64,000 nucleotides of DNA from the human T2T-CHM13v2.0 reference genome, Homo sapiens, in the NCBI RefSeq assembly GCF_009914755.1, contig NC_060947.1; one strand, written 5' to 3'. The notes beneath the pieces are model-generated. The model saw only the letters and a list, made by a program, of their open reading frames with translations. It was not told the origin of the DNA and did not search any database. The position numbers and the translations under genes are program-made. The first letter of the stretch is position 1, and every line of letters begins with the position of its first letter. This document shows, piece after piece, positions 63,329-64,000 of the stretch.

Positions 63329-63708
63329 CACTTAGTTTGTGGATAATTTACATCTCTCAGAACAAAATATAGCCTTTTCTTTGTCCTGCTCACAGCATCC
63401 CCAGTTCCACAGAGTGAGTGGTTTTATGCCCAATTCCACAGCAGGGCTCAGATTCTCAGAAACTCATCTTTCAGTACCCTATTCAAATCTACCCGATAAC
63501 GATTGTTAACTCTCAGTGATCCCTGCCCTTGAGTATTCAACCTGGTCAAAAAGCTTCATAGTTCTCAAAATATGAATCGATAAATGTCATTTTGTCTAAG
63601 CGGAGTCAGGGCTTCCAGATTCAGTTTAGCCATTTTATGAAGAGATATAGTTAGATTGAACTCTTAATGGCTCATAAAGTTTGCTTCCCAAATGCTTTGA
63701 TTACTTAC

Positions 63709-63735
63709 CTTGGAATAAATAAGCTGGAAGTATCA
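63709..63735 (-). other. Candidate 27-nt exon (unassigned)
   Basis: tattacctttAG|TGATACTTCCAGCTTATTTATTCCAAG|GTaagt. Confidence 0.25.
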
Positions 63736-63892
63736 CTAAAGGTAATACATATATAAAATCTTCACATGGACTTTGAAACTGTGTGTCTGTATGAATTACA
63801 AATTATCAAATTTTATACCCGTATTCAGTAATAAAGGACAAAATAATCGATAGAAAATAACTGTCTCAATTACAGGGGTTATTGCTCTCAGT

Positions 63893-64000
63893 TGCGCACG
63901 TGTGTGTGTGTGTGTGTGTATGTGTGTGCATGCGTGTGTATGTGTGTGCATGTGTGTGTTTCTGTCTGCCTGCCTGTAAGTCTTTGTCTCTGTTTGTGTC
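63893..64000. repeat. (TG)n microsatellite followed by (TCTG)-like repeat
   Basis: Seen directly. Confidence 0.95.

Overview
Primate (very likely human) AT-rich, repeat-dense intergenic or intronic DNA; no intact protein-coding gene is supported. Almost all listed ORFs are translations of L1, Alu, ERV or mariner sequence. Main elements: (1) A ~6.1 kb internally deleted ERV1 provirus (10146-16216, minus strand, tRNA-Gly PBS) inserted in an L1PA16-like element. Its gag, RNase H and integrase remnants carry a strong GA->AA (APOBEC3-type) hypermutation pattern. (2) A full-length RPL7 processed pseudogene (47383-49403) sitting in an old L1M and split by a young twin-primed (5'-inverted) L1PA. (3) A near full-length HSMAR2 mariner. 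(4) Many Alu, L1, L2, MIR, MaLR and hAT relics, including further inverted L1s. A few candidate micro-exons lie in unique DNA on both strands but cannot be assigned to a gene. I found no convincing novel biological system. Subfamily names are from memory of consensus sequences, and boundaries of old repeats are approximate.
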